64,000 nucleotides of DNA from Chlamydiia bacterium (GTDB taxonomy: Bacteria; Chlamydiota; Chlamydiia; Chlamydiales; 2-12-FULL-49-11). The stretch lies in assembly GCA_022601595.1 (NCBI GenBank), contig JAJACI010000001.1, positions 66,536 to 130,535 of the forward strand, given 5' to 3'. Below the pieces are notes generated by a model, which searched no databases, had not been told where the DNA came from, and saw only the letters and a list, made by a program, of their open reading frames with translations. Below are positions 19,773 to 27,286 of the stretch, one piece after another (positions within the stretch are counted from its first letter, which is position 1; every line of letters begins with the position of its first letter). Position numbers and translations under genes: made by a program.

Positions 19773-20213
19773 ATGGAGCACACAAGTAGACAAGCTATAA
19801 AGGTAAGCGTTTACGATGACGAAGCTTTGAAAGAGCATGCAAGCAATGGGCTATTTTTTAGTTATGATGAAAACCAGGTAGATAATTATAAAACACATAT
19901 GAAACATCATCATGATCGTATAGTGGCCCTAAAAAAAGAGATCAATCCTTGGGGTGTTTTTTTTGACCGTTTACTATGCAGGATAAGCGATCAGAGTTTA
20001 GAAACAATTGCACATATAAAATATAGGCAAAAGTTAAAAAGGCAGTGCAAAAGAAAGATTAAGTTATTAACAGGCACTGCAAGAAAATGGGGGGCAGAAG
20101 CGACTCTATATAGAAAGACAATATTAAGAAAATCCCCAGGCACGAGTAGTATTTCTATGGATTTGGTAAAAGTAGTATTACCTAAAGAGACAGAGAAGGA
20201 GGAGCAACGGTGA
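19773..20213 (+). CDS. Hypothetical protein, local paralogue family (N-module only)
   Basis: G-rich SD AAAGGGGGGAAAGG-ATG. VSVYDDEALKEHASNGLFFSYDENQ...PWGVFFDRLLCR is shared with its neighbours. The stop overlaps the next start (GTGA). Confidence 0.65.
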   Translation: MEHTSRQAIKVSVYDDEALKEHASNGLFFSYDENQVDNYKTHMKHHHDRIVALKKEINPWGVFFDRLLCRISDQSLETIAHIKYRQKLKRQCKRKIKLLTGTARKWGAEATLYRKTILRKSPGTSSISMDLVKVVLPKETEKEEQR

Positions 20214-20995
20214 GCAATTCAGTATCTGCAAATTCCAAGACTGTTGCTTTAAACGATGAAAAAGCTTTACGGCGTTATGTAGAACAAGGAGCAACATTCA
20301 CCTATAATGTGAAGCAGTATAACGAGGCGAAGGATTATGCAGCTGCTATAACAAGGCAAATTGATATAAGAAAACAAAATCGCCCTATAAATAGATGGAA
20401 TATTTTTTTTAAAACACTTTTTTGTCGATTTCAGGATCCGGAATATGCAGCAAATAGGTTAAATCATCAACAAGAAAGAGCAGCAAAGAGTTATAGAGGA
20501 GTTATGAGAAAGCTTGAAGACGAGGCTCAAAAATTGTCTAGTAGAGCTCAAAAGCATAGGAATGAAATAGCTGAGGAACCTACTGGATCGCCCTCATATC
20601 CAGCAGTAGTGGTGCAACTTCCCGTTAAACAGAGGAGTAGGAGTCAGCAAACTTGTAATACACAGCGATTTGTACATTTGGATAATAAGAATGCATTGAA
20701 GCAAGAGGTTCGTATAGGTTCTATTTTTGTGGCAGAGCCTATGCAAATAAATGCTATGCATCAAAAAATGGAAGAAATAGATTCAAACATAAAATCATTA
20801 CCTGATGATAGACTCAAAGAGAAGAGGGGTTTGGAGAGAACTCTAAAGAAAATCAAAAAACTGAAAAAGAGACTCATTTCTCTTGTAGCTAAAATGGAAA
20901 AAAGATCTTTTCATAATAGTATAGATCCTGAAAATACTAATGTAGCAAAGGTTTTTGTTCAATATAGAGAAAAACACCTTACCTTTATGAGGTGA
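20210..20995 (+). CDS. Hypothetical protein, local paralogue family (N-module plus C-module, 261 aa)
   Basis: GTG start 6 nt after GAAGGAGGAG. Carries VALNDEKALRRYVEQGATFTYNVKQ...RWNIFFKTLFCR plus an internal repeat of the module (FVHLDNKNALKQEVRIGSIF) and a basic coiled-coil tail. Confidence 0.7.
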   Translation: MSNSVSANSKTVALNDEKALRRYVEQGATFTYNVKQYNEAKDYAAAITRQIDIRKQNRPINRWNIFFKTLFCRFQDPEYAANRLNHQQERAAKSYRGVMRKLEDEAQKLSSRAQKHRNEIAEEPTGSPSYPAVVVQLPVKQRSRSQQTCNTQRFVHLDNKNALKQEVRIGSIFVAEPMQINAMHQKMEEIDSNIKSLPDDRLKEKRGLERTLKKIKKLKKRLISLVAKMEKRSFHNSIDPENTNVAKVFVQYREKHLTFMR

Positions 20996-21161
20996 TTTGT
21001 GTCGCTATAGTTGCATTATGTATTATTCCTAGAGCACACTTGCAATTAAATCACAAACACCTTATAAACAGGGGTTTATATTTGTGTGTATATAAAATAA
21101 TTGAATTTTTATTATAATTGTGTTATAATTATTTCTTAATAAACGGAAAGAGAGGTTTACT

Positions 21162-21596
21162 ATGGAATTAACACGATTAAGTAGCGTAATTAATGTAAGA
21201 GCAAGTGAAAGAGCTGCAATAGAAAAACGAAAAGAAGAGATGCCTCTTTTAGGTGAGAGTCTTAATACCCTTTGCAAAATGCATGGCTGGACGCCGCATA
21301 CACGACTTCAGACGCTTCGTTTGAATGTGCAGGGACTTATAGAAGAAAAAGCAAAGGCTCGTAAAACAAGTCCTATTATATTAGCTTTGAAGAAGATTAG
21401 CCTTCATTTTAATGATATCAATGTGAAGTCTAAGAATAGACTTGTTCAGAAAGTGTCTAATGCTATTTTTGAATTTTTTGCTCGTATTGTAGGAAAGGCG
21501 GCAATAGCAAAAAAATATCATTTAGCTGCTATTAAAGAGCTTATAGCAGAAAATAAGGCAAGTATTGCAAAGATAGTAGCTAAAAAGCTGGATTGA
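21162..21596 (+). CDS. Hypothetical Lys/Ala-rich helical protein (144 aa)
   Basis: ORF with a GAGAGG SD. No family recognised. Confidence 0.6.
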   Translation: MELTRLSSVINVRASERAAIEKRKEEMPLLGESLNTLCKMHGWTPHTRLQTLRLNVQGLIEEKAKARKTSPIILALKKISLHFNDINVKSKNRLVQKVSNAIFEFFARIVGKAAIAKKYHLAAIKELIAENKASIAKIVAKKLD

Positions 21597-21631
21597 GTAT
21601 AGGGCATTATGCCCTGAAAATATTAATTATT

Positions 21632-21668
21632 AAAAAAGGGCTAGGTTTTATACCTAGCCCTTTTTTTT
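21632..21668. terminator. Bidirectional rho-independent terminator
   Basis: A6 - GGGCTAGGT - loop - ACCTAGCCC - T8. Confidence 0.65.
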
Positions 21669-21776
21669 ATGAAATAGCCTTCTAAAAATGAAAGAGATAC
21701 AGTAAATAAGAATAATATAAATAAACTTTACATAAATAGAATGATAATTAGGATTTAATTAAAAGGAGATAATAAT

Positions 21777-22160
21777 ATGGAAGACATGAAAGGAATTAGA
21801 AACATAGTCATGGCACAGCTTCATGAGATAGGGCATACTCTACAGGGGTTAGATCATAATGCTCAAGGTGATAAGTTTCGAATAATGAAGTTGACAGAGC
21901 AAAAGACACAAAGACTTGTTGGTTTAGGGCAGTTGGAAAAGCTCAATCAACAAATAGTGCAGGCTAAAGATGACATTACGAAGTTTAAGAGAGTAGTACA
22001 TAAAAATACAGGAAGTAAAGGTACAGAAAAGAAGAGTGATAAGATTTCAAAAGCGGCATTTAAAGCAACAATGCAAAGCTTAAAAAAGGAAGTTCAAACT
22101 CTTGAAAACCAAAAAGCTGATCTTACAAGAAAAATCACTGCTGATGTTGAATTCCTTTAA
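21777..22160 (+). CDS. Hypothetical coiled-coil protein (127 aa)
   Basis: AAGGAGA SD 7 nt upstream and a heptad-like Lys/Gln-rich sequence. No family recognised. Confidence 0.6.
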   Translation: MEDMKGIRNIVMAQLHEIGHTLQGLDHNAQGDKFRIMKLTEQKTQRLVGLGQLEKLNQQIVQAKDDITKFKRVVHKNTGSKGTEKKSDKISKAAFKATMQSLKKEVQTLENQKADLTRKITADVEFL

Positions 22161-22220
22161 ATGACTTTAAATGACTATATATTACCTTGCAAACAATCAT
22201 TACTCGGTTACACTTAAGGT

Positions 22221-23993
22221 ATGAGAAAGACCAAGGTAATATGCACTATTGGCCCAGCGGTATCCTCTAAAAAGGGGCTTAAGTCTTTGATAGACGCTGG
22301 CATGAATGTATGCAGACTAAACTTTAGTCATGGCTCTTATGAAGATCATGGGAAAGTTATTGATCAGATAAAAGATCTTCGAAAAGACCTCGGCCGCCCT
22401 CTTGCTATCCTATTGGATACAAAGGGTCCGGAGGTAAGAACCCAAAATAGAGTTCCCCAGGAGCTGGTGGATGGCGCTTTATACCCGCTGCATGGAGATC
22501 CTGATAAAGAGGGGATCTCTATTGCTCCAAAATCTGCTTTAGATGACTTAAAGCAAGGGGATACCATCTTATTTGATGATGGCCATTTGAAAGGAAAGAT
22601 CTTAGGCTCTACATCTTCTGGTTTTTCTGTAAAGGTAATGGTTCCTGGTATTTTGAAACCCAATAAAAGCGTTAACTTTCCTGGCGTGAAACTGAATATC
22701 CCTTTTCTTACTGATAAAGATAAAGAGGATATCTTATATGGGATAAAACAAGGGGTGGAAGCAATTGCTGCATCATTTACTATGTCTGCAGAGCACATTT
22801 TAAGCATCAAAGAGCTCCTTCGAAAAGAAAATGCCGCACATATCCTTGTCTTTTCAAAGATAGAGAGTTTAGAGGGAATACACCATTTTGATGAAATACT
22901 AGAAGTCTCTGATGGTATTATGGTTGCTCGTGGTGACCTTGCTGTGGAATGCTCTTTTGCGCAGGTGCCTCCTATGCAGAAGATGATGATAGATAAATGT
23001 AATAAAGAGGGGAAACCTGTAATTGTGGCCACAGAGATGCTCGAGTCGATGGTTAGTAGCAAAAGCCCCACACGGGCTGAGGTTTCAGATGTTGCAAATA
23101 GCGTTTTTGATGGCACCTCTTGCACCATGTTATCTGGTGAAACGGCCATGGGAAAACATCCTGCTCATACCGTATCTATTATGTGTGAGATTATCAAAGA
23201 GGCTGAAAAAGCTACTTTTGATGACCGCGTTGCTCCAGAGCATATTCGCTCTTTATCTTCAAAAGTAGCCTTTTCAGCAGTGCAGATAGCAAATGATATT
23301 GAAGCAGGGGCTATCCTTGCTTTTACAAAATCTGGACGTACCGCAAGGCGAATATCTTCTTTAAGACCTGACATGAAAGCAATTGTAATCACCCCAGAAG
23401 AAAGTACGTACCACCAGACAGCATTTTTATTTGGTATCATAGCCATGCGCGAGCCTAAGACTTCTGACCATAAAGATATTATGCCGTGTATGTGCAGCAT
23501 GCTGCAGAAAAAATATGTTGCCTATGGTGATTTGATAGTGATCACCCAGGGAGTTCCTTTTGGCGTGAGCTTTACCACTAATACGGTGCAGATAGAAAGT
23601 ATTGGCAATGCAATCATCCGAGGAGCAAAGAAAAATAGAAGCCCTAAAAATATGGTAGAGGGAGAAGTTTTTTACTACTTTCCACGTACTAAAAAAGATG
23701 CCCTCCATCATAAAGGAAAGATTGCTATTTTAAGGGAATTTTTTGAGGATACCGGAGATATGCTCACAGATGTAAAAGGGATCATCCTCCAAAATGCTCA
23801 TTACGATAAACATTCAGAAGAAGCCCTTTTTGCCTTTTCTGAAAAATACCAAATCCCATATATAAAACGGGGAGAAGGTGCTATGTCTCTTTTAAAAGAG
23901 GGAGATCATGTACGTATGGAGCCTGCTCTAGGGTTGGTATTTAAAGGCGATGCACTCACCAAACAAGAGATGCTCAAAGCCCCCGGCTTATAA
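22221..23993 (+). CDS. pyk: Pyruvate kinase with C-terminal PEP-utiliser-like extension (590 aa)
   Basis: RKTKVICTIGPA, NVCRLNFSHG, LLDTKGPEVR, MVARGDLAVE and ATEMLESM motifs. An extra ~110-aa C-terminal domain is present. Confidence 0.95.
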   Translation: MRKTKVICTIGPAVSSKKGLKSLIDAGMNVCRLNFSHGSYEDHGKVIDQIKDLRKDLGRPLAILLDTKGPEVRTQNRVPQELVDGALYPLHGDPDKEGISIAPKSALDDLKQGDTILFDDGHLKGKILGSTSSGFSVKVMVPGILKPNKSVNFPGVKLNIPFLTDKDKEDILYGIKQGVEAIAASFTMSAEHILSIKELLRKENAAHILVFSKIESLEGIHHFDEILEVSDGIMVARGDLAVECSFAQVPPMQKMMIDKCNKEGKPVIVATEMLESMVSSKSPTRAEVSDVANSVFDGTSCTMLSGETAMGKHPAHTVSIMCEIIKEAEKATFDDRVAPEHIRSLSSKVAFSAVQIANDIEAGAILAFTKSGRTARRISSLRPDMKAIVITPEESTYHQTAFLFGIIAMREPKTSDHKDIMPCMCSMLQKKYVAYGDLIVITQGVPFGVSFTTNTVQIESIGNAIIRGAKKNRSPKNMVEGEVFYYFPRTKKDALHHKGKIAILREFFEDTGDMLTDVKGIILQNAHYDKHSEEALFAFSEKYQIPYIKRGEGAMSLLKEGDHVRMEPALGLVFKGDALTKQEMLKAPGL

Positions 23994-24043
23994 AAAAGAC
24001 TCTGAAGAAATTCTAAAAAGTGTAGTTTATCAGAGTCTCCTAA
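23994..24043. repeat. Mini A-type element (terminal hairpin only) between convergent pyk and the ankyrin gene
   Basis: AAAAAGACTCTGAAGAAATTCTAAAAAGTGTAGTTTATCAGAGTCTCCTAA. Its last ~40 bp equal the end of A10 (57884-57923). GACTCTGA/TCAGAGTC form a hairpin. Confidence 0.8.
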
Positions 24044-24056
24044 TGTCACTATCGTT

Positions 24057-24902
24057 TTAAAAACTTTGTAAGAAAAGCTTTCTAGCTGTTTCTCCATTTT
24101 TATTTGCATGATCAGGATCGGCTTCTGGAATCTCTAAAAGTGTACTTAGAATTTTTTGACTGTTTACACAAATGTTATATTCTTGGTTATTGATATAACT
24201 AGTACGGGTCTTTTTTACTGCATGAATAAGAGCGGTGTTCCCATCAATATCTGCATGATTGATAAATCCTAAAAAAGAACCAGCTTGCAGTTTGCTAGCC
24301 TCCAAAAGGCTTTCTACAGTATGCAGATCGTGTTCTACGATAGCCTCTATTAGCGCTGTCCTACCATATTTATTAGCGGCATTGATATTTGCTCCTGCTT
24401 GCAAAAGACTTTGTATAATGGCACGTCTCTTTTTCCAGAGAGATCTAGACCTTTGCTGCGCTTGGAGGCTAAACTCTGCACTAGCTCGAGCGTTTTCTAC
24501 AGCTAAAATAAGAAGGGTGTTTTTGTTTTCATCGGTATGATTGATATCAGCACCTCCTCTTATAAGCTCGTCTACGACCTCTAAAGCACCTTCTTTGATT
24601 GCTATTTCAAAAGCCTTACTGGTGTTTTGTTTTACCTTTAAAAGCTCTCGCACTAAATCTGGGCGATTTTGCCTTGCCGCGTATATTAGAGGTGTAGTTT
24701 GCACCTTCCAGTCACAATCACCATCAGTATGAATGTATGGAATAGGGGTAAGTACATCAGCTCCGAGCTGTAAAAGTTCTTGCACCTGCTCAGAATTATT
24801 TTTTTTTATAGCTGAAATAAAAGCGTTATCTAATTTTACATTACCATCAAGCTGACTCATTCCAATTGCTAAGAAGAATAAAAATATGTTTTGTCTTTTC
24901 AT
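24057..24902 (-). CDS. Ankyrin-repeat protein with N-terminal signal-like sequence
   Basis: Repeated ankyrin consensus (GADINHTDENKNTLLILAV, GANINAANKYGRTALIEAI, DIDGNTALIHAV) and a hydrophobic N-terminus MKRQNIFLFFLAIGM. Confidence 0.85.
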   Translation of the reverse strand: MKRQNIFLFFLAIGMSQLDGNVKLDNAFISAIKKNNSEQVQELLQLGADVLTPIPYIHTDGDCDWKVQTTPLIYAARQNRPDLVRELLKVKQNTSKAFEIAIKEGALEVVDELIRGGADINHTDENKNTLLILAVENARASAEFSLQAQQRSRSLWKKRRAIIQSLLQAGANINAANKYGRTALIEAIVEHDLHTVESLLEASKLQAGSFLGFINHADIDGNTALIHAVKKTRTSYINNQEYNICVNSQKILSTLLEIPEADPDHANKNGETARKLFLQSF

Positions 24903-24966
24903 AGGGCTCCAAATTAAAAAAAATGTAAATTAAATATGTAACTTACTACTTATTGTCACGAAATTT

Positions 24967-24995
24967 ATTATATCTTTCCCATTAATTTACTTCAA
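24967..24995 (-). promoter_or_regulatory. Sigma70-type promoter (TTGAAG-17-TATAAT) upstream of the ankyrin gene, copy 1 of a duplicated module
   Basis: The minus strand reads TTGAAG TAAATTAATGGGAAAGA TATAAT. The same module recurs at 26413-26441. Confidence 0.5.
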
Positions 24996-25009
24996 GAAGA
25001 ACTGATCAT

Positions 25010-25068
25010 TTAAGAAGACTCTGAAAAACGGACAGTTTCAGAATCCCATAGATTTTTTATAGTTGATT
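25010..25068. repeat. A-type element arm fragment (inward-facing)
   Basis: TTAAGAAGACTCTGAAAAACGGACAGTTTCAGAATCCCATAGATTTTTTATAG aligns with the first ~55 bp of A10 (57756-57812). Confidence 0.8.
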
Positions 25069-25122
25069 GTATACAAGAAAAATGCTATCCTTTTGTTAAG
25101 AAATAATTAAGTAGAGGAAAGT

Positions 25123-25767
25123 ATGACATATGGCATAGGAAGTTTACCTTCGATTAATCCACTGCATAAAGCGAAGCTAAACTATGCAATGGCCGGAGTG
25201 GGAGCTTCGGTTCTTGCTGTTTTATCACCATTTGAATCTGCAAAGATCATTGGGGCAACTGTTTTAACAGGAGTAGGCTATGGGATCGCAAATGATATGT
25301 TTGCATGTAGAGACTGTATAGAATATTTTACCGTAGGTCATCATTACGACGGGGAAAAATTAAGAGGTCGCCTTTTATTTACATTGGATCCAAATTGGAA
25401 TGCTTTAGCATGGGGAGCCTTCGCAACCTGGCATGTGTGTACTATTGCGGGTATTGTGTTAGCATTTATTTCAAGGACTCCTTTTAGAGGTCTGAAATCT
25501 AAGATTACAGCAAAAACGCTTGCGCCGAAATTGGTAGTGGGTGCTTTATTGTTAATAGTAAAGTCTCATTTTGCCGCAAGAGCTGCGCAAAAAGCTTATG
25601 AAAATAAAGGGAAGAGGTATTTTTTCTGGGGTGTGCCTGAAGAGTTCCAATCTAGATGGAATGCATGTCACGTAAGAAATCTTACTGGATATTTAGGTTT
25701 AGCGGTAGGTGGCGTAGCGCTTTCAGTTGCTATTATTGCATCCAGAGCAGGCCTCTATAAATTATAA
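25123..25767 (+). CDS. Hypothetical polytopic membrane protein (214 aa)
   Basis: GAGGAAA SD and 4-5 hydrophobic segments. The last codons and the stop lie in an element arm. No family recognised. Confidence 0.65.
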   Translation: MTYGIGSLPSINPLHKAKLNYAMAGVGASVLAVLSPFESAKIIGATVLTGVGYGIANDMFACRDCIEYFTVGHHYDGEKLRGRLLFTLDPNWNALAWGAFATWHVCTIAGIVLAFISRTPFRGLKSKITAKTLAPKLVVGALLLIVKSHFAARAAQKAYENKGKRYFFWGVPEEFQSRWNACHVRNLTGYLGLAVGGVALSVAIIASRAGLYKL

Positions 25768-25797
25768 AACTGCTCGTTTTTCAGAGTCTCCTTAATA
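25761..25797. repeat. A-type element arm fragment (right end)
   Basis: ATTATAAAACTGCTCGTTTTTCAGAGTCTCCTTAA. It supplies stops for both convergent genes, 25123..25767 and 25781..26377. Confidence 0.8.
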
Positions 25798-26377
25798 AAC
25801 CGGCTAAAAATGCAGACTTATAACAACCGAAAAGTTGCTTAGCCCTTTCTATTATCCATCGTGCATTCCTCTTATTCCCTTGTGCCCATCTGTTGCTGAT
25901 AAGTCTAAGAGCCTCAACCCGATTTTCTCCAAATGACATCCTTGTAGCTGCGTCAAATGCTCCTTCTAAATCATCTCTTTTTGTCTTTTCTTTTACAACC
26001 AGCAGTAAAATAGTATCTTGAGCATCGGGATCGTTTTTTATTTCAGCAGCAGTTTCTTCGACTAGAGCAAACATACCAACTTGTATTTGAGCTATTGCAA
26101 TAGTCGTTAATTTACTATTAGCATCTAAAATGAAGAGCGGATTAACAAATGTTTTTGCATACTTGAATATCTCACAAGTATTGCAAGGATCAGTAGCGGA
26201 GTAGGCAATAGCAACGGCCACCAAAGTAGCTATTCTTTGATTAACATCATCAAAAGAATCAACTTTCATTAGTATTTGAGTAAAGCCGCATTGATCAGAT
26301 GCTTTCCCTTGATAATCTCCTAGTGGTCTTGTTGTGTTAAGCCTGTCATCTGTTGCGCTATTTGTTATTGATACCAT
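25781..26377 (-). CDS. Hypothetical protein (198 aa)
   Basis: ORF whose C-terminal LLRRL-stop is encoded by TTATTAAGGAGACTCTGA, i.e. the element terminus. No family recognised. Confidence 0.6.
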   Translation of the reverse strand: MVSITNSATDDRLNTTRPLGDYQGKASDQCGFTQILMKVDSFDDVNQRIATLVAVAIAYSATDPCNTCEIFKYAKTFVNPLFILDANSKLTTIAIAQIQVGMFALVEETAAEIKNDPDAQDTILLLVVKEKTKRDDLEGAFDAATRMSFGENRVEALRLISNRWAQGNKRNARWIIERAKQLFGCYKSAFLAGLLRRL

Positions 26378-26412
26378 ATGAAAAAATTCTGTTATTTATT
26401 ATAAAGAACTTT

Positions 26413-26441
26413 ATTATATCTTTCCCGTTTGTTTACTTCAA
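26413..26441 (-). promoter_or_regulatory. Sigma70-type promoter (TTGAAG-17-TATAAT), copy 2 of the duplicated module, upstream of 25781..26377
   Basis: The minus strand reads TTGAAG TAAACAAACGGGAAAGA TATAAT. 33 of 37 bp are identical to 24964-25000. Confidence 0.5.
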
Positions 26442-26466
26442 CAAGAGTTTATCAAAGGTTCCTAAA
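26441..26466. repeat. Degenerate element terminus abutting the rsmE stop
   Basis: AGTTTATCAAAGGTTCCTAAAG resembles GTTTATCAAGGTCTCCTTAG, the right end of A6. The rsmE stop (CTA at 26462-26464) lies inside it. Confidence 0.5.
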
Positions 26467-27124
26467 GAGAGATCAGATAAGCGGCGCATATTGCAGCGGT
26501 TTCTGCGCGCAGCACCCCATCTGAAAGGAGGATCGGGAGGGCTTTGAGCTCTTGCTTGAAATAAGCAACCTCTTGTGCGGTAAAGCCGCTTTCTGGGCCG
26601 ATGATAAAAGTGTATGATTTATCCTCTTTTTGCAATTCTTTCCCGTCAAAATCTGCAAGCAGATAGTTTTCCTCTTTTGGAAGATCTTCTTTTTTGTTGT
26701 AATAGGTGACTGTGGGGAGGAAAAGGCGTTTAGACTGCTTTATTCCTGATATGAGGATTTTATGTATTCTTTCCTGTTTATTTGGTGAGAGGGCTCTTAA
26801 TTTGCTTTTTTGTGCTGGGAAGATAAGAAACGAGTGGATGCCAATTTCTGTTGCCTTTTCAATGACTAGCTCTAAGTTTTTTGGTTCGGTGAGCGCTAGT
26901 GCTAAAGATTTTCTTTTTGGAGCAAGGGGCTCTTTGGTAACTTTGTTAATAAGTATTTGATCATCGAATGTAGCGTGAGCTAAAGATCCCTCTCCGTTAA
27001 TAATTTCTAGCGCAGCCCCTTTTTTGGTGCGCATCACTTTTTTGAGATGCTGAGACTCTTCTTTGCTGAGCTCAATATAGGCTCCTTGGACAAGCGGCCC
27101 TTGATAAAAATATCTATGTGGCAT
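26462..27124 (-). CDS. rsmE: 16S rRNA (uracil1498-N3)-methyltransferase RsmE
   Basis: The N-terminal RYFYQGPL...SKEESQHLKKVMR PUA-like region, IGPESGFT and VLRAETAAI motifs. Confidence 0.8.
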   Translation of the reverse strand: MPHRYFYQGPLVQGAYIELSKEESQHLKKVMRTKKGAALEIINGEGSLAHATFDDQILINKVTKEPLAPKRKSLALALTEPKNLELVIEKATEIGIHSFLIFPAQKSKLRALSPNKQERIHKILISGIKQSKRLFLPTVTYYNKKEDLPKEENYLLADFDGKELQKEDKSYTFIIGPESGFTAQEVAYFKQELKALPILLSDGVLRAETAAICAAYLISL

Positions 27125-27127
27125 AAT

Positions 27128-27286
27128 CTAGCGGGACTCTTCTATGATCTTGGTGTTTATGGAGGTGAAATTGATAGGTGTTATGATTGACTTGTTGATT
27201 ACAAACCAAACAATAATAGCAGCGATGAAAGAGATGAATTTCCTTAGAAGATTATCCACAAAGATTCTTTTTATGATTGACATCAT
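27128..27286 (-). CDS. Small single-TM protein (52 aa), resembles only the N-terminal anchor of CdaR/YbbR
   Basis: Below the ORF-track cutoff. ATGA overlap with the cdaA stop. MMSIIKRIFVDNLLRKFISFIAAIIVWFVINKS... is the position and anchor pattern expected for the YbbR-domain regulator, but no YbbR repeats follow. Confidence 0.4.
   Translation of the reverse strand: MMSIIKRIFVDNLLRKFISFIAAIIVWFVINKSIITPINFTSINTKIIEESR

Noticed and set aside
21162-22160. The Lys/Ala-rich proteins at 21162..21596 and 21777..22160, considered as chlamydial histone-like (HctA/HctB) homologues.
   Set aside because: The only resemblance is in Lys/Ala composition. I could not align the N-terminal HctA-type domain or the HctB pentapeptide repeats, so they remain hypothetical.
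22364-23711. Minus-strand ORFs of 261, 111 and 94 aa opposite pyk.
   Set aside because: These are antisense shadows of a well-supported pyruvate kinase gene. Their low-complexity Ser/Pro/Ile-rich translations are typical of non-coding frames.
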